Source: Halanaerobiales bacterium (GTDB taxonomy: Bacteria; Bacillota; Halanaerobiia; Halanaerobiales; M55B127). Taken from it: a stretch of 64,000 nucleotides of DNA. Shown here in pieces: positions 16,256-26,972 of the stretch. Both the position numbers and the translations under genes were made by a program. Every line of letters begins with the position of its first letter. Position 1 is the stretch's first letter. The notes beneath the pieces are model-generated. The model ran no database searches, was not told the DNA's origin, and saw only the letters and a program-made list of their open reading frames with translations. The stretch spans positions 7,176-71,175 of the forward strand of contig JAWOEZ010000083.1 in NCBI GenBank assembly GCA_046482435.1, in the 5' to 3' direction.

Positions 16256-17281
16256 TTATATTCTTTTATCTTTTAACCATTCTATTAAATCTTTAACCAC
16301 AACTTCGTCTTTTTCCTGGTGTTTAACTCCGGTTATAGCAGATACAATAGAATCAATTTTAAACTGGCATCCTTTTAAATTTTTAGCAATATCTTCGATC
16401 AAATCTGCATTCATTGCATCAGAATAGATCTTTGCATTTGTAATTGTTCCTCTGCTTAAGCTCAAACCCAGTTCAATATCTCCCCAGTCAAAACGAGTAT
16501 CATAGATGATATCAAAATCAGGGGCCTGACCGTAACGCCAATCCCAGGAAGAATATTTATCTTTTAATTCGCTTACTTCGTCTATTTGATTAGGAGAAAT
16601 AATTTCTTTTTCTGGAGTAACTTCGTATAGGTCCTTAAAATATTTTTCTAATTCTTTTTTCATCTGATTGATGGATACCTCAGGATTAAGCTCTTTTAAA
16701 TTAACCACTCTTGATTTGATTGATTCTATACCTTTCGACTCTATCTTCTCTTTAGACGGCTGTAAATATCTTAGCATGTCCTTGAAATCTGTATTTATTA
16801 AAATTGTCCCATGATGGTAAGAAGCTTTAGTACTATAATAAAAGGCATTACCTGAAAACTTTCTACCTGAAGCCACCAGATCATTTCTTCCTGAAAATTC
16901 TGCTTCAATATTACTATCTCTAACAGCTCTTAATATAACCTCTAGTTGAGTATGAATATTATACAAGTTTTTATCCATTATGAAAGTGAAATTTAAATTA
17001 CCCAAGTCATGATAAACAGCCCCGCCACCAGATAATCTTCGGGCTAATCTACCTTCATTTTCCTCCAATAATTTACAATCACATTCTTTCCATGCATTTT
17101 GATTGCGACCTATAACAACTGTATTATCATTCTGCCATAAGTATAAGATAACCTCGTTTTCCCTGGTATTATTTAACAAATACTCTTCTAAAGCCAAATT
17201 ATACCAGGGATTATATGAATCCGAATGTATGATTTGGGAATGTTCTATTTCTCTTTTTATTTTATCAATTAACTCGGACAT
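16256..17281 (-). CDS. lplA: lipoate-protein ligase A
   Basis: RRLSGGGAVYHDLGNLNF motif and an LplA C-terminal accessory domain. Confidence 0.85.
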   Translation of the reverse strand: MSELIDKIKREIEHSQIIHSDSYNPWYNLALEEYLLNNTRENEVILYLWQNDNTVVIGRNQNAWKECDCKLLEENEGRLARRLSGGGAVYHDLGNLNFTFIMDKNLYNIHTQLEVILRAVRDSNIEAEFSGRNDLVASGRKFSGNAFYYSTKASYHHGTILINTDFKDMLRYLQPSKEKIESKGIESIKSRVVNLKELNPEVSINQMKKELEKYFKDLYEVTPEKEIISPNQIDEVSELKDKYSSWDWRYGQAPDFDIIYDTRFDWGDIELGLSLSRGTITNAKIYSDAMNADLIEDIAKNLKGCQFKIDSIVSAITGVKHQEKDEVVVKDLIEWLKDKRI

Positions 17282-18665
17282 AATGTAACGCCCTCCCTAA
17301 TGAATCCAAAGCTGCTTCATGAATTACTTCAGAAGTAGTTGGATGTGCATGAATTGTTTCAATTATATCTTCGACTTTCATATTTTTATTTACAGCTAAA
17401 GTTAGTTCATGTATTAAATCAGTTGCGTGTACACCAATTATAGAACAACCTAATATTTCATGATCGTCTTCTTTTACAATAATTTTAATAAACCCTTTTC
17501 TTTTATTCATTGATTTAACTTTACCATTAGCTCGAAAAGGAAATTTACCCACTTTATAATCAATGTTTCCCTCGGCAGCCTCTTCTTCGGTTAAACCAAC
17601 TGTAGCTATTTCTGGTTTAGTGAAAATTGCGGAAGGTACCGCATCATAATCCATTTCTTTTTCTTCTTCCCCGAGGATGTTTTCTACAGCTACAATACCC
17701 TGGTGAGAAGCAACATGTGCCAATAATATTTTGCCGGTAACATCGCCTACAGCATATATATTATCTACACTTGTTTTTAAATGACTATCAATTTTTATAG
17801 AATTATTTTCTTTTTCAATACCTAATTTTTCTAATTCAAGTCCTCCAAAATCAGATTCCCTTCCAGTAGCTACCAGGACTTTATCTGCTCTTAATTCATT
17901 TTGTGCTTCGTCTTTATTATAATTGATATCATATTTTCCATCTTTTTTATAGATTTCTTTGACTACAGCACCAGTAGTTATCTTAATTTTTTCTCTGCGT
18001 GCAATAGAACTGATTTCCGAAACAATTTCTTTGTCTAAACCAGGTAAAATGTCATCTAGATATTCTATCACCTTTACATCCACACCAAAATTAGAAAAGA
18101 TAAAAGCAAATTCCATGCCAATAATCCCACCGCCAATAATAGCCAACGACTCAGGTAATTCAGTTAGTTCTAATATCTTTTTGCTGGTTAAGACCCCAGC
18201 TGATTCTATACCTTTTATGGGGGGGTTTTTAACCTTTGAACCAGTTGCTATTATTATATAATCAGTATCTAATTCTTTAATTCCTTCCACCGTTTTTACA
18301 GAAACTGTATTTTTATCTTGCAAACTAGCAGTTCCTTCAATTACATTTACATCCTGCTTTTTTAATAAAAATTCAACACCACTTACCAATTGTTTTACTA
18401 TTTTTTCTTTATTTTTAATTACTCGTTCCATATTTAATTTTAGATCACTAACTTCAATCCCAAACCTTCTTGCATTCTGTATTTCTGAATATTTTTCTGA
18501 TGAATAGACAAGTGCTTTTGTCGGAATACAACCCCAGTTTAAACAGGTTCCTCCAAGCCTATCCTTTTCAATAAGATTTACTTGGGCACCCAACTGTGCA
18601 GCGCGAATAGCAGCCACATAGCCGCCGGTGCCACCTCCAATAATTGTTATTATTTCATTAGCCAT
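17265..18665 (-). CDS. lpdA: dihydrolipoyl dehydrogenase (E3)
   Basis: FAD GGGTGG motif, redox-active GGTCLNWGCIPTK, C-terminal HAHPT interface motif. Confidence 0.9.
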   Translation of the reverse strand: MANEIITIIGGGTGGYVAAIRAAQLGAQVNLIEKDRLGGTCLNWGCIPTKALVYSSEKYSEIQNARRFGIEVSDLKLNMERVIKNKEKIVKQLVSGVEFLLKKQDVNVIEGTASLQDKNTVSVKTVEGIKELDTDYIIIATGSKVKNPPIKGIESAGVLTSKKILELTELPESLAIIGGGIIGMEFAFIFSNFGVDVKVIEYLDDILPGLDKEIVSEISSIARREKIKITTGAVVKEIYKKDGKYDINYNKDEAQNELRADKVLVATGRESDFGGLELEKLGIEKENNSIKIDSHLKTSVDNIYAVGDVTGKILLAHVASHQGIVAVENILGEEEKEMDYDAVPSAIFTKPEIATVGLTEEEAAEGNIDYKVGKFPFRANGKVKSMNKRKGFIKIIVKEDDHEILGCSIIGVHATDLIHELTLAVNKNMKVEDIIETIHAHPTTSEVIHEAALDSLGRALHYVRVN

Positions 18666-18728
18666 TAATAATTAATCCTCCTTGTGGAAAAAAATATATC
18701 GATTAATTAAATCAAAACTGCTCATTTT

Positions 18729-19487
18729 TTAAGGATCAGTATGCTCTCTATTCCATTGATAATCTTCTACTAATTCCATGAATATATTGATAATTTCATC
18801 AATTGTACTATATATTTCATCATCCTTTAAAGTTCTGTCCTCTTTTTTGCTTTCTATTAAAAATTCTTTTTTTATCACACCCGGTTTATCAGATAAAACA
18901 TAAATACGATCTGACATTAAGGCTGCCTCCTCCGGGTCATGTGTAATCATGAAAATATCAATATTTCTTTCAATGTGAAGCCTTAATAATAAGTCCCTTA
19001 AATTTACTTCCGTCTTTGTATCGACAGATTTTAACGGTTCATCCATGATTAGAAAGTTCGGTTTAATAGAGATCGCTTTTAAGATTTCTATCCTCTGCTT
19101 CATTCCTCCGCTTAACTCAGCTGGGTAATTATCAAGAGTTTGCCCCAGATTAGTTAATTTTAACAAACTATTCCTAACGCTTTTCGCTTTATGGGATTTA
19201 AGGTAATTTTTTTGAACAAATTTAAAGTTGTTTTCGATTGTCCTCCAGGGTAAAAGCCTTGGCTCTTGGAAAACATATCCCTGTCTTAAACTGTTATCAT
19301 AGAATACAGTTCCCTGGTCTGGTTCTAGTAATCCTGCTGCTATTTTAAAAAGTGTGGTCTTACCACTCCCCGAGGGCCCTAAAAGGGTAACTATTTCTCC
19401 CTTATTAATATGTAAGGAAACATCTTTTAAAACTTCTAGGTCATCAAATCCCTTATAAATATTTTTGAACTCCAATATTTTACTCAT
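18729..19487 (-). CDS. ABC transporter ATP-binding protein (NitT/TauT family)
   Basis: Walker A GPSGSGKTT, signature LSGGMKQR, Walker B LIMDEP. Confidence 0.8.
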   Translation of the reverse strand: MSKILEFKNIYKGFDDLEVLKDVSLHINKGEIVTLLGPSGSGKTTLFKIAAGLLEPDQGTVFYDNSLRQGYVFQEPRLLPWRTIENNFKFVQKNYLKSHKAKSVRNSLLKLTNLGQTLDNYPAELSGGMKQRIEILKAISIKPNFLIMDEPLKSVDTKTEVNLRDLLLRLHIERNIDIFMITHDPEEAALMSDRIYVLSDKPGVIKKEFLIESKKEDRTLKDDEIYSTIDEIINIFMELVEDYQWNREHTDP

Positions 19488-20253
19488 TTTTCTTCCACCC
19501 GGTTACTTTTTTTTGGATAGGTTTGATTATTCCATATTCCAAGATTAACATCAAAGCTATTAATACTATTGACCATGCAAATAATCTATCTGTATTAAGG
19601 TTACTATTAGCCCTACTTAAGGCAAAACCAACCCCACTATTCGAACCCAAAAACTCGGCAAAAATTGTTGATTTCCAGGCAAAAGCAAGCCCGATACTCA
19701 GGGCTGAAAAGATATAGGGAACTAAAGAAGGCACATATATGTCAAAGAAAATTTCCTTTCGATCAGCATTGTAAACTTTTGCCATCTCAATCAAATTGAT
19801 ATCAATGTCTTTTAGCCCCTCAAATATATTCACAAATATAATGGGAAGTGTTACTATAAAAATCAAAAATATTGGTGTTAAATTATCCGCTATTCCAAAC
19901 CAAATTACTGCCAAAGCCAACCAAATTACGGGTGGGGTTGTTTGAATTACTGTTATAATAGGTCTAAATACAATATGCAGTATTTCAAACTTGTTTACCA
20001 GAATTGCTAAAACAAAACCAAATATTAAAGAAGAACCATATCCAATAAAAGTCCGTTCAATTGTAATAGCAAGATTGGTAAACAGATTACCGCTTTTATA
20101 GATATCTAAAAAGGCCCAAAATGTGTCTTTTGGAGAAGGTAATATTAAGGGATTCATCTCTTTCGAATAATAAATCCAGATTAAAAGCACCACTATGAAT
20201 CCAGTGGTGCTTAATAAAATTTCTTTTAATTTATTAATAATAAAACTCTTCAT
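19480..20253 (-). CDS. ABC transporter permease (NitT/TauT family)
   Basis: Six-TM BPD-type permease. ATG at 20253; the track ORF starts at a GTG at 20268. Confidence 0.75.
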   Translation of the reverse strand: MKSFIINKLKEILLSTTGFIVVLLIWIYYSKEMNPLILPSPKDTFWAFLDIYKSGNLFTNLAITIERTFIGYGSSLIFGFVLAILVNKFEILHIVFRPIITVIQTTPPVIWLALAVIWFGIADNLTPIFLIFIVTLPIIFVNIFEGLKDIDINLIEMAKVYNADRKEIFFDIYVPSLVPYIFSALSIGLAFAWKSTIFAEFLGSNSGVGFALSRANSNLNTDRLFAWSIVLIALMLILEYGIIKPIQKKVTGWKKNE

Positions 20254-21193
20254 CTGGTAAATTACCACCTATCATTTCAGGGTACATCTCCAAAATTTCG
20301 TTAAAATAGGTATTTACTAATTCTCTACTTTCATTCTCAGAATAAATATTTAAATTCACTCTACTCCAAGCCTTTTCCATAACAGGGGCCGGAACATCAA
20401 AATATTTCGCTGAATCTTTTATAGCTTCTTCCGGATTATTATTATAATATCTAACCCCTTCTATATATTTTCCGGCAAGGATATCAACCAATTCTGGATT
20501 TTCTTCTGCAAAATTATTAGACACGAATAATCCCACAAAAGGAATTCTTTCATCTCCATCATGAAGTTTTCCCCATTCCTCTTGAATGTCAAGTGATAAA
20601 TTAGTGTTTTCACCTTTTGCAAGGCTTGTAGAAACTAAAGGTTCAGGTAATATTATAGAATCAACCTGACCTGACATAAAATATTTGGCTCCATTGGGTA
20701 AAGGTCGATAGACAAGATCAACTTCTTCGGGGTCAACACAGTTTTCTTCTAATAAATATCTAGCCAGAAAGTCTAATGGACCTCCTTGCAGTGGTAAACT
20801 TAATGTTTTGCCCTTTAGATCAGACCAATCTTCAGCTTTAAATCCATTGGTTAAAAGGTAATCGATAGCCCAAGTATTTACATTAACCATATTGACACCG
20901 ATACCTTTATTATATATTTTTGCTCCTACATTTACTCCTGTAACCATAAAATCAATTTCGTTTTCAGAAATTAAGGAAATAGCTCTTTGATGGTCCGGTG
21001 AAATTTTAATATCCAGATTCATAAAGCTTTCAAATTCTCCCCTGTTCTGCATTCTCAAAAGTGGTAAAGCAGCAGGTACTGGCGGGGTCTGGATAACTAC
21101 TTCTTTAGCATTAACAATTCCACCCGAAAATAGTGATAAAACTAATAATAGTGATAATAATAATATAATCTTTTTATAATTTTTTAAAAGCAT
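20234..21193 (-). CDS. ABC substrate-binding protein (NMT1/THI5-like)
   Basis: Signal peptide followed by aliphatic-sulfonate/NMT1-like SBP sequence. Substrate unknown. Confidence 0.7.
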   Translation of the reverse strand: MLLKNYKKIILLLSLLLVLSLFSGGIVNAKEVVIQTPPVPAALPLLRMQNRGEFESFMNLDIKISPDHQRAISLISENEIDFMVTGVNVGAKIYNKGIGVNMVNVNTWAIDYLLTNGFKAEDWSDLKGKTLSLPLQGGPLDFLARYLLEENCVDPEEVDLVYRPLPNGAKYFMSGQVDSIILPEPLVSTSLAKGENTNLSLDIQEEWGKLHDGDERIPFVGLFVSNNFAEENPELVDILAGKYIEGVRYYNNNPEEAIKDSAKYFDVPAPVMEKAWSRVNLNIYSENESRELVNTYFNEILEMYPEMIGGNLPDEEFYY

Positions 21194-21226
21194 TATATTT
21201 CACTCCCTTATAAAGTTATTAATAAA

Positions 21227-22816
21227 TTAATTTTCAATCTCTTCATTAAATTCTCTAACTCTTTCATTGTAATCCTCAACTTCTTTATTATATTTTTCGG
21301 TTTCATTTAATACGTCCACAATCTCAATCACCTTTAATAATCCAAAAACAGTTAATGCAGTACCTCTCCTACCCTCATCTTCAGTACTAAAAGCAGCTAA
21401 TAAGGCACTAACTTCACCTGCCATAAATAATGTCCCCTTTGGCCACCATCTGTTCAACATTAAATGACCTCCGGAAGGAATTACAGCTGCAGTTAAACCT
21501 AGATCTGTTTTGTTTTTAAAATTCAAAAGATCTTTTTTTTCCTTATCTGGTTCCAAATAATTTAATCTCCAATATAAATCAGTATCTCTTAATTTTTTAT
21601 TATTTTCAAGATAGTCTATAACCCTTTTGTCATTATAATCCCTTGCAGTAGGGTTCGCCCCTTTATCAATAAGATATTCAATAACTCGTGTATTATTATA
21701 TTTTTGGATAGCAGCCATTAAAATTGTTTTGCCGGAAAACTTGTCTTCAACCTTTATATTAGCCCCTCTCTCTACTAGGAGGTTAATCATCTCTATCTCT
21801 CTGCTTCTCTCTACCGCTAGATACAAGGGGGTCTTACCGGCTACATTTTCCTGTTGGATAGATCCTCCTCTATCCAAGATATTTTTTACTATATTATAAC
21901 TATTATACTGTACTGCATAAGCTAAAGCATTATTCCCTTTATTATCTGTTATATTTAAATGGGCTCCTTTGTCGATTAAGTAATTTAATACTCGCTGATT
22001 ATTATTATATCTGGCCGCATACATTAAAGCAGTCATGCCATCTTCATCTTTACTATTCATATTTACTTTTTCTAAATTAAATACTTTAAACACCTTTATA
22101 TTCTTGACCTCTTTTGCTGCCATCATTAAAGGTGTGAAACCATCGTAATCGCTGATCCGGACTTCAGCCCCATATATAATAAACCTTCTTATTAAGTCAT
22201 AATCTCCTTTATCTAAAACATAATAAATCGGTGTGCGTCCCTTATTATCTCTAGTGTTTACCTTGGCTCCTGACATAAGTAAAGAATCGATAACATCTGT
22301 TTTGAATTCATTTTTGATTGCTATCATCAAGGGAGTCTTTCCATTATGATTAGCCTTGTTAACATTAGCATCATAAGATAATAATAACCTGACCATCTCA
22401 TTATTCCTATATTTAACAGCAAGTATCAATGGAGTATTGCCCTCCCAGTCTTCAATATTGACCTGGGAATTGATTCGCAATAATATTTTTGTTACATCCC
22501 GATTATCATTATATCGGACTGCATACATTAATGCATTCCACCCTTTATTATCTCTAAGATTAACATGGGCATCATTATTATATAATGTCACTATTGCTTT
22601 ATAATTATTATTATACTGAGCGGCTGTCATTAAAGGGGTAACTCCATCTTCGTTCTTCTGATTCACTTCTGCCCCATTCTCAATAGCTTCAGCTATTTCC
22701 GAAGGGCTCCCTTCTCTACATATCGTGTAAAAATTCTCGGCTGCTGCTGAAAAGCTGAAACTTAAAACTATAAATACAATAACGGTTAGTATTAATAATT
22801 TATATACTCTTTTCAC
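21227..22816 (-). CDS. ankyrin-repeat protein with signal peptide and C-terminal membrane anchor
   Basis: About 11-12 tandem 33-aa repeats of the G-TPLM-A/LL-GA-VN type. N-terminal signal MKRVYKLLILTVIVFIVLSFSFSAAA, two C-terminal hydrophobic segments and an acidic coiled tail. Confidence 0.8.
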   Translation of the reverse strand: MKRVYKLLILTVIVFIVLSFSFSAAAENFYTICREGSPSEIAEAIENGAEVNQKNEDGVTPLMTAAQYNNNYKAIVTLYNNDAHVNLRDNKGWNALMYAVRYNDNRDVTKILLRINSQVNIEDWEGNTPLILAVKYRNNEMVRLLLSYDANVNKANHNGKTPLMIAIKNEFKTDVIDSLLMSGAKVNTRDNKGRTPIYYVLDKGDYDLIRRFIIYGAEVRISDYDGFTPLMMAAKEVKNIKVFKVFNLEKVNMNSKDEDGMTALMYAARYNNNQRVLNYLIDKGAHLNITDNKGNNALAYAVQYNSYNIVKNILDRGGSIQQENVAGKTPLYLAVERSREIEMINLLVERGANIKVEDKFSGKTILMAAIQKYNNTRVIEYLIDKGANPTARDYNDKRVIDYLENNKKLRDTDLYWRLNYLEPDKEKKDLLNFKNKTDLGLTAAVIPSGGHLMLNRWWPKGTLFMAGEVSALLAAFSTEDEGRRGTALTVFGLLKVIEIVDVLNETEKYNKEVEDYNERVREFNEEIEN

Positions 22817-22834
22817 TAGACCTCACCTCAATTT

Positions 22835-23773
22835 TTATCCTTTTAAAAGTCCTTGAATTATCAAATCAGATGCTTCTTCTTCATCAAGGCCTCTGGCCAT
22901 TAAAGTCTGGAGTTGATCACTATCTACACTACCAATGGCTGCCTCATGGGTTACTTTAGCTTCAGGGTGTTTAACCTCTACCACAGGAATTGCCCTGGCA
23001 ATTGCATTATCCTTAATAATTTCTGTACAGTCAACATGCCCCTTTGCTTCAGGAGCGCTTGCGGTTAATTCATTATATACTTCTGCACTAGCATTATCTT
23101 TCATCGCAATTTTAGAATCTAATAACCCCCTTGCATTCTCTCCATTTAAGTGAGCAGCTTCTCTAATTTTAACTTCATCATCTGCATAACCACTTATTCT
23201 TGCCAGCATTTCTACCCGTGTATTAGCATCTAATTCAGCTTCATAATCAAAATCAATCTTACCTACTCTGCCCTTGCGTAGTGTAAATAATGTTAAAAGT
23301 TCACTACCTTTTTCTAGGTTGATATCAGATTTCGCAATAACTTCTACCCCTCCTGTATCTCCATGGAAATGATTTTCTTCATATTCATATTTAGAATTTG
23401 GTCCTAAATGAATATCTGCTTCCATAACATGTTTTATCTGAGAAGCATTTGGGAAAACACAATCCGACATTACTTTTATCTCAGCATCTTTTGCTACAAA
23501 GACATCTAACATGATTTTTTGTAAACCTTCTTTAGGTAGGACGCCAAAACACATATGAAGTGGATTTTTAATCTTATATCCTTCTTTAACTCTCAGTTTA
23601 ACATCTACAACGCTCTCTTCTATCTTTTTTGCAGCCATCTCGATTCCTTCAACTTCGTGTTTACCTAATACTCTATCTTGTTCTAATACCATATGAGCTG
23701 TATCACTATCAGCAAAAACGTCTTCACCACCTGCATCTTTATAGGCGTCTACCATCATTTCATAATCATTCAT
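22835..23773 (-). CDS. Fe-S cluster assembly protein SufB/SufD family
   Basis: C-terminal SufBD beta-helix signature (THEAAIGSVDSDQLQTLMARGLDEEEA). ATG at 23773 overlaps the sufC stop by 8 nt. The track ORF start at 23863 is rejected. Confidence 0.8.
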   Translation of the reverse strand: MNDYEMMVDAYKDAGGEDVFADSDTAHMVLEQDRVLGKHEVEGIEMAAKKIEESVVDVKLRVKEGYKIKNPLHMCFGVLPKEGLQKIMLDVFVAKDAEIKVMSDCVFPNASQIKHVMEADIHLGPNSKYEYEENHFHGDTGGVEVIAKSDINLEKGSELLTLFTLRKGRVGKIDFDYEAELDANTRVEMLARISGYADDEVKIREAAHLNGENARGLLDSKIAMKDNASAEVYNELTASAPEAKGHVDCTEIIKDNAIARAIPVVEVKHPEAKVTHEAAIGSVDSDQLQTLMARGLDEEEASDLIIQGLLKG

Positions 23774-24524
23774 TGAAATACACCTCCTGATGTTCCTCAG
23801 GATTCTCATCTTCACACGGCATACATTCATATTTAAAATAATCACTAACCTCCTGCGGGTCACCTACATTGAAAACCTCGCCCCCGCAAATTAAGGCAGC
23901 TTTATCAGCAACTTCTAGCATCTCATCAGAATGTGTGATCAATAAGACACCTATATTTTCTTCTTTGAAATCTTTAATAACATCTCCAATATTATTTAAA
24001 GCAACTACGTCTACCCCGGAGTCCGGTTCATCTAGAATTACTAAGTCCGGTTTCATCAGTAAAATAGATGCAAGTTCTATTCTTTTTCGTTCTCCACCAC
24101 TTAAAGTATCATCTACATTCCTATCTAAATATTTCTTTGGAACAATAGCTACTTCACTTAAAGCCCAGTTCAGGTCACTTTCATCTATATTTCTTCCTCT
24201 TGCATTTGCCCCTATAGAAAGAAATTTTTTCACAGATACCCCTTCAAATCTGGCCGGTTCTTGCCAAGCAAGTGTCATTCCTCGCCGCGCTCTTTCAGTA
24301 ACCGACAGGTGACTAATTTCTTCACCTTTGAAGTATATTTCACCACTTTTTTGTTTATAACCCTTGAGACCCATTAAAGTATAGGCTAAAGAAGACTTGC
24401 CACAACCATTTGGACCTATGATTGCAAAGACTTCCCCCCGCTTGATGCTTAAATTAATATTTTGTAAAATTCTTTCTTTATCTAAGGTAAGATTTAACTT
24501 ATCTATACTTAATATCTCCTGCAT
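23766..24524 (-). CDS. sufC: Fe-S cluster assembly ATPase SufC
   Basis: GPNGCGKSS, LSGGERKR, ILDEPDSGVD. Confidence 0.9.
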   Translation of the reverse strand: MQEILSIDKLNLTLDKERILQNINLSIKRGEVFAIIGPNGCGKSSLAYTLMGLKGYKQKSGEIYFKGEEISHLSVTERARRGMTLAWQEPARFEGVSVKKFLSIGANARGRNIDESDLNWALSEVAIVPKKYLDRNVDDTLSGGERKRIELASILLMKPDLVILDEPDSGVDVVALNNIGDVIKDFKEENIGVLLITHSDEMLEVADKAALICGGEVFNVGDPQEVSDYFKYECMPCEDENPEEHQEVYFNE

Positions 24525-24556
24525 CCTTACTTTACCTCCCTTGTTTGCTAAATTTA

Positions 24557-24585
24557 ATTATATTACAAAGTAAATAAAAGTGCAA
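24557..24585 (-). promoter_or_regulatory. promoter of the suf operon
   Basis: Minus strand reads TTGCAC, 17 nt, TATAAT. Confidence 0.5.
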
Positions 24586-24587
24586 TA

Positions 24588-24621
24588 AATAACAAAATAG
24601 CCGGCTTAATCCACCGACTAT
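24588..24621 (-). terminator. terminator of the upstream GGDEF gene
   Basis: Minus strand reads TAGTCGG, loop, CCGGCTA, followed by TTTTGTTATTT. Confidence 0.55.
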
Positions 24622-24654
24622 TACAGTTAAATGATTTCCAACTTATTCTATTGC

Positions 24655-26178
24655 TTAATCTTCATTTTTAAACATCTCTAATAAATTATCCATTCTATAA
24701 ACATCTCCTATATCTAACTCATCTTTTTCGATCCTTCTTTTTATCATTTCTATAAGTGGATTATTCTTTTGTTTGTGCATCACGGCTTTATTCTTATACA
24801 TTTTATAATCTGCTTCTTCAATTATTTTCTTGAGTTCTCTTTCATCATCAACTTCCTTTGTAGCTCGGCCCAATGAAATAGTAATAGGCCTTTCATCACT
24901 TCTTGTTTCCTTAAGCTGAGAAACGATTCTTTTTCTAATTTCATCTGCTTCCTCAGCAGAAGTTTCCGGGAGTAATACGATAAATTCATCTCCTCCCCAT
25001 CTACCTAGAATATCTTCAGTTCTAATACTTTCTTTTAAGATATCAGCCGTCTTTTTTAAGTATTTATCCCCTTCCTCATGCCCAAATATATCATTAATTA
25101 ATTTTAAACCGTTAAGATCACCTATAATTACACTGATCGGTACTTTTCTACTCCCCTCCAATCTTTCTAATTCTTCATTTAAAAAATGTCGATTATATAA
25201 CCCGGTTAGATTATCATGAAAGCCAATATATCTAATTTTTTTATTCATCTTTAATCTCTGATAAGCAGAAAGAGTATGAGATATTAATAGTTCCACTAAT
25301 TCCAAATCTTCCCGAGTAAATTCATCTATTTTAGTTGATACCGCCTGAAAAACTCCTAATTCTCCAATCGGTATCGTTAAAGCTGAGTGATATTTATCAT
25401 TAGTCGGACTTGCAACTTCTAAACTCTGAATATCTTTAGCAAGATGGGACTGTTTGTTTTTATATACATAAGTTGCAAGGTTTTTAGAATCGAGTGGTGC
25501 TGAGATAGATTCATCATTTGTTATATTACTAGAGGTGGCTTTTACAACTAAATTCTCCCCTTCAACCATATCTAATGTGCACAGGTCAAAATCAAGTATA
25601 TTTTCAGCTGCTTTTATTGTTAGATTAAATACTTCTTGTTCAGAACTAACCTTCTTCAGTTTTAAAGCAGTTTGATGTAAATCCCTAATCTTACGGCGGC
25701 TTTGCCGAAGCTTTGAAGATAAATTTTCACCATCATGTTCGGTTTTATTTAAGTAAATATGTTTACCTATTAATTCCTTTTCTTTAAATATTGGAAAAAT
25801 TTTAGCCTTGATTTTGAAACTACACTCTCTACTACTCTGTAATTTAGCTTCACCTTTAAATTTAACACAAGATTTTTTATATGTCTTTTTATTCAGAGCA
25901 TTAGTCAATGTATTATCAAAGTGAATAATATTATTCACTTCAGTATTTTTTATTTCCCTTTCTTTAAAATGAAATTCCTTTAAAAATTGTTTATTATAGC
26001 TTATTATTTTGTTTTTTGGACTGACTAATAACAGAGGCTCCGGAAATTGATTAAATAAATATTGATAATCTATAATCTTATCAGCTGTTTTATTTTCCTT
26101 GTTACCTTTATTTCTAAACTTGTAATTAGCATAAACTAAAATAGCTCCCAATATTAAATAAGGTATTATTTTTGTCAT
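24655..26178 (-). CDS. membrane-anchored PAS/GAF diguanylate cyclase (GGDEF)
   Basis: N-terminal TM helix, PAS-like and GAF-like regions, and a GGDEF domain (RWGGDEFIVLL). Confidence 0.85.
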   Translation of the reverse strand: MTKIIPYLILGAILVYANYKFRNKGNKENKTADKIIDYQYLFNQFPEPLLLVSPKNKIISYNKQFLKEFHFKEREIKNTEVNNIIHFDNTLTNALNKKTYKKSCVKFKGEAKLQSSRECSFKIKAKIFPIFKEKELIGKHIYLNKTEHDGENLSSKLRQSRRKIRDLHQTALKLKKVSSEQEVFNLTIKAAENILDFDLCTLDMVEGENLVVKATSSNITNDESISAPLDSKNLATYVYKNKQSHLAKDIQSLEVASPTNDKYHSALTIPIGELGVFQAVSTKIDEFTREDLELVELLISHTLSAYQRLKMNKKIRYIGFHDNLTGLYNRHFLNEELERLEGSRKVPISVIIGDLNGLKLINDIFGHEEGDKYLKKTADILKESIRTEDILGRWGGDEFIVLLPETSAEEADEIRKRIVSQLKETRSDERPITISLGRATKEVDDERELKKIIEEADYKMYKNKAVMHKQKNNPLIEMIKRRIEKDELDIGDVYRMDNLLEMFKNED

Positions 26179-26240
26179 TTTATTAATCCTTTCTACTCTC
26201 CTTTTTATATAAGTACTAATAAGTTAATTCAATAACATTT

Positions 26241-26269
26241 GAAAAAACTCCCTTTTTAAAAAAGGGAGT
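26241..26269 (-). terminator. terminator of the amino-acid ABC operon
   Basis: Minus strand reads ACTCCC, loop, GGGAGT, followed by TTTTTTC. Confidence 0.65.
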
Positions 26270-26303
26270 ATCTCATTCTTGGTATTATGTTTTACATTAC
26301 TTT

Positions 26304-26972
26304 TTATTCTTCAAATTCAAAGCCTGGAATCTTGAACTGTTTTTCGACATAGGAAAATATTTGAGTAAAAAATAATACTATAACCAAATAAAAAACTGCA
26401 ACAATTAAATATACTTTAAAAAATTCATAGTTTCTACTTGCGAAAAATTTAGCCTGAGTCATGAGTTCATGGGTTCCTATCATATATGCTAAAGAAGTAT
26501 ATTTTAGCAGATATATAAACTCATTTGTCCAGGAGGGAACTACACGTCTTAAAGCCTGAGGTAGTATAACATTAAAAATACCCTGCCATTTCCTCATCCC
26601 TAAAGATTGAGCAACCCTAAGTTGATTTGATTCAATAGACATTATCGAACCCCTTAGATACTCTGCCGTATAAGCAGAACAGTTGATTGTAAAACCTATA
26701 AATGCCACTGTAAAGCCCGAGAGATTAATTCCGTATGGCGGAAGGCCAAAATATAATATAAATAGCTGAGCTAAAAGAGGTGTTCCCCTTATAATTTCAA
26801 TAAATACAGTAATCGGCCATTTTACATACGAAGGACCATATGTTTTACCGAGGGATAAAAATATTGCTATTATGGTACCAGAAATAATAGAGATAACAGT
26901 TAATAAGAGGGTGAGCTGAACTCCCTGAAATAAATAGGGCCAGGCCTCAATAAAAAGATTAAAAATATCCAC
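26304..26972 (-). CDS. amino-acid ABC transporter permease
   Basis: HisM/HisQ-type permease of 222 aa. Confidence 0.8.
   Translation of the reverse strand: MDIFNLFIEAWPYLFQGVQLTLLLTVISIISGTIIAIFLSLGKTYGPSYVKWPITVFIEIIRGTPLLAQLFILYFGLPPYGINLSGFTVAFIGFTINCSAYTAEYLRGSIMSIESNQLRVAQSLGMRKWQGIFNVILPQALRRVVPSWTNEFIYLLKYTSLAYMIGTHELMTQAKFFASRNYEFFKVYLIVAVFYLVIVLFFTQIFSYVEKQFKIPGFEFEE

Noticed and set aside
23869-24312. 147-aa plus-strand ORF
   Set aside because: It lies entirely antisense to sufC, which has unambiguous ABC motifs. The product is low-complexity and Ser/Ile-rich. This is a typical shadow ORF.
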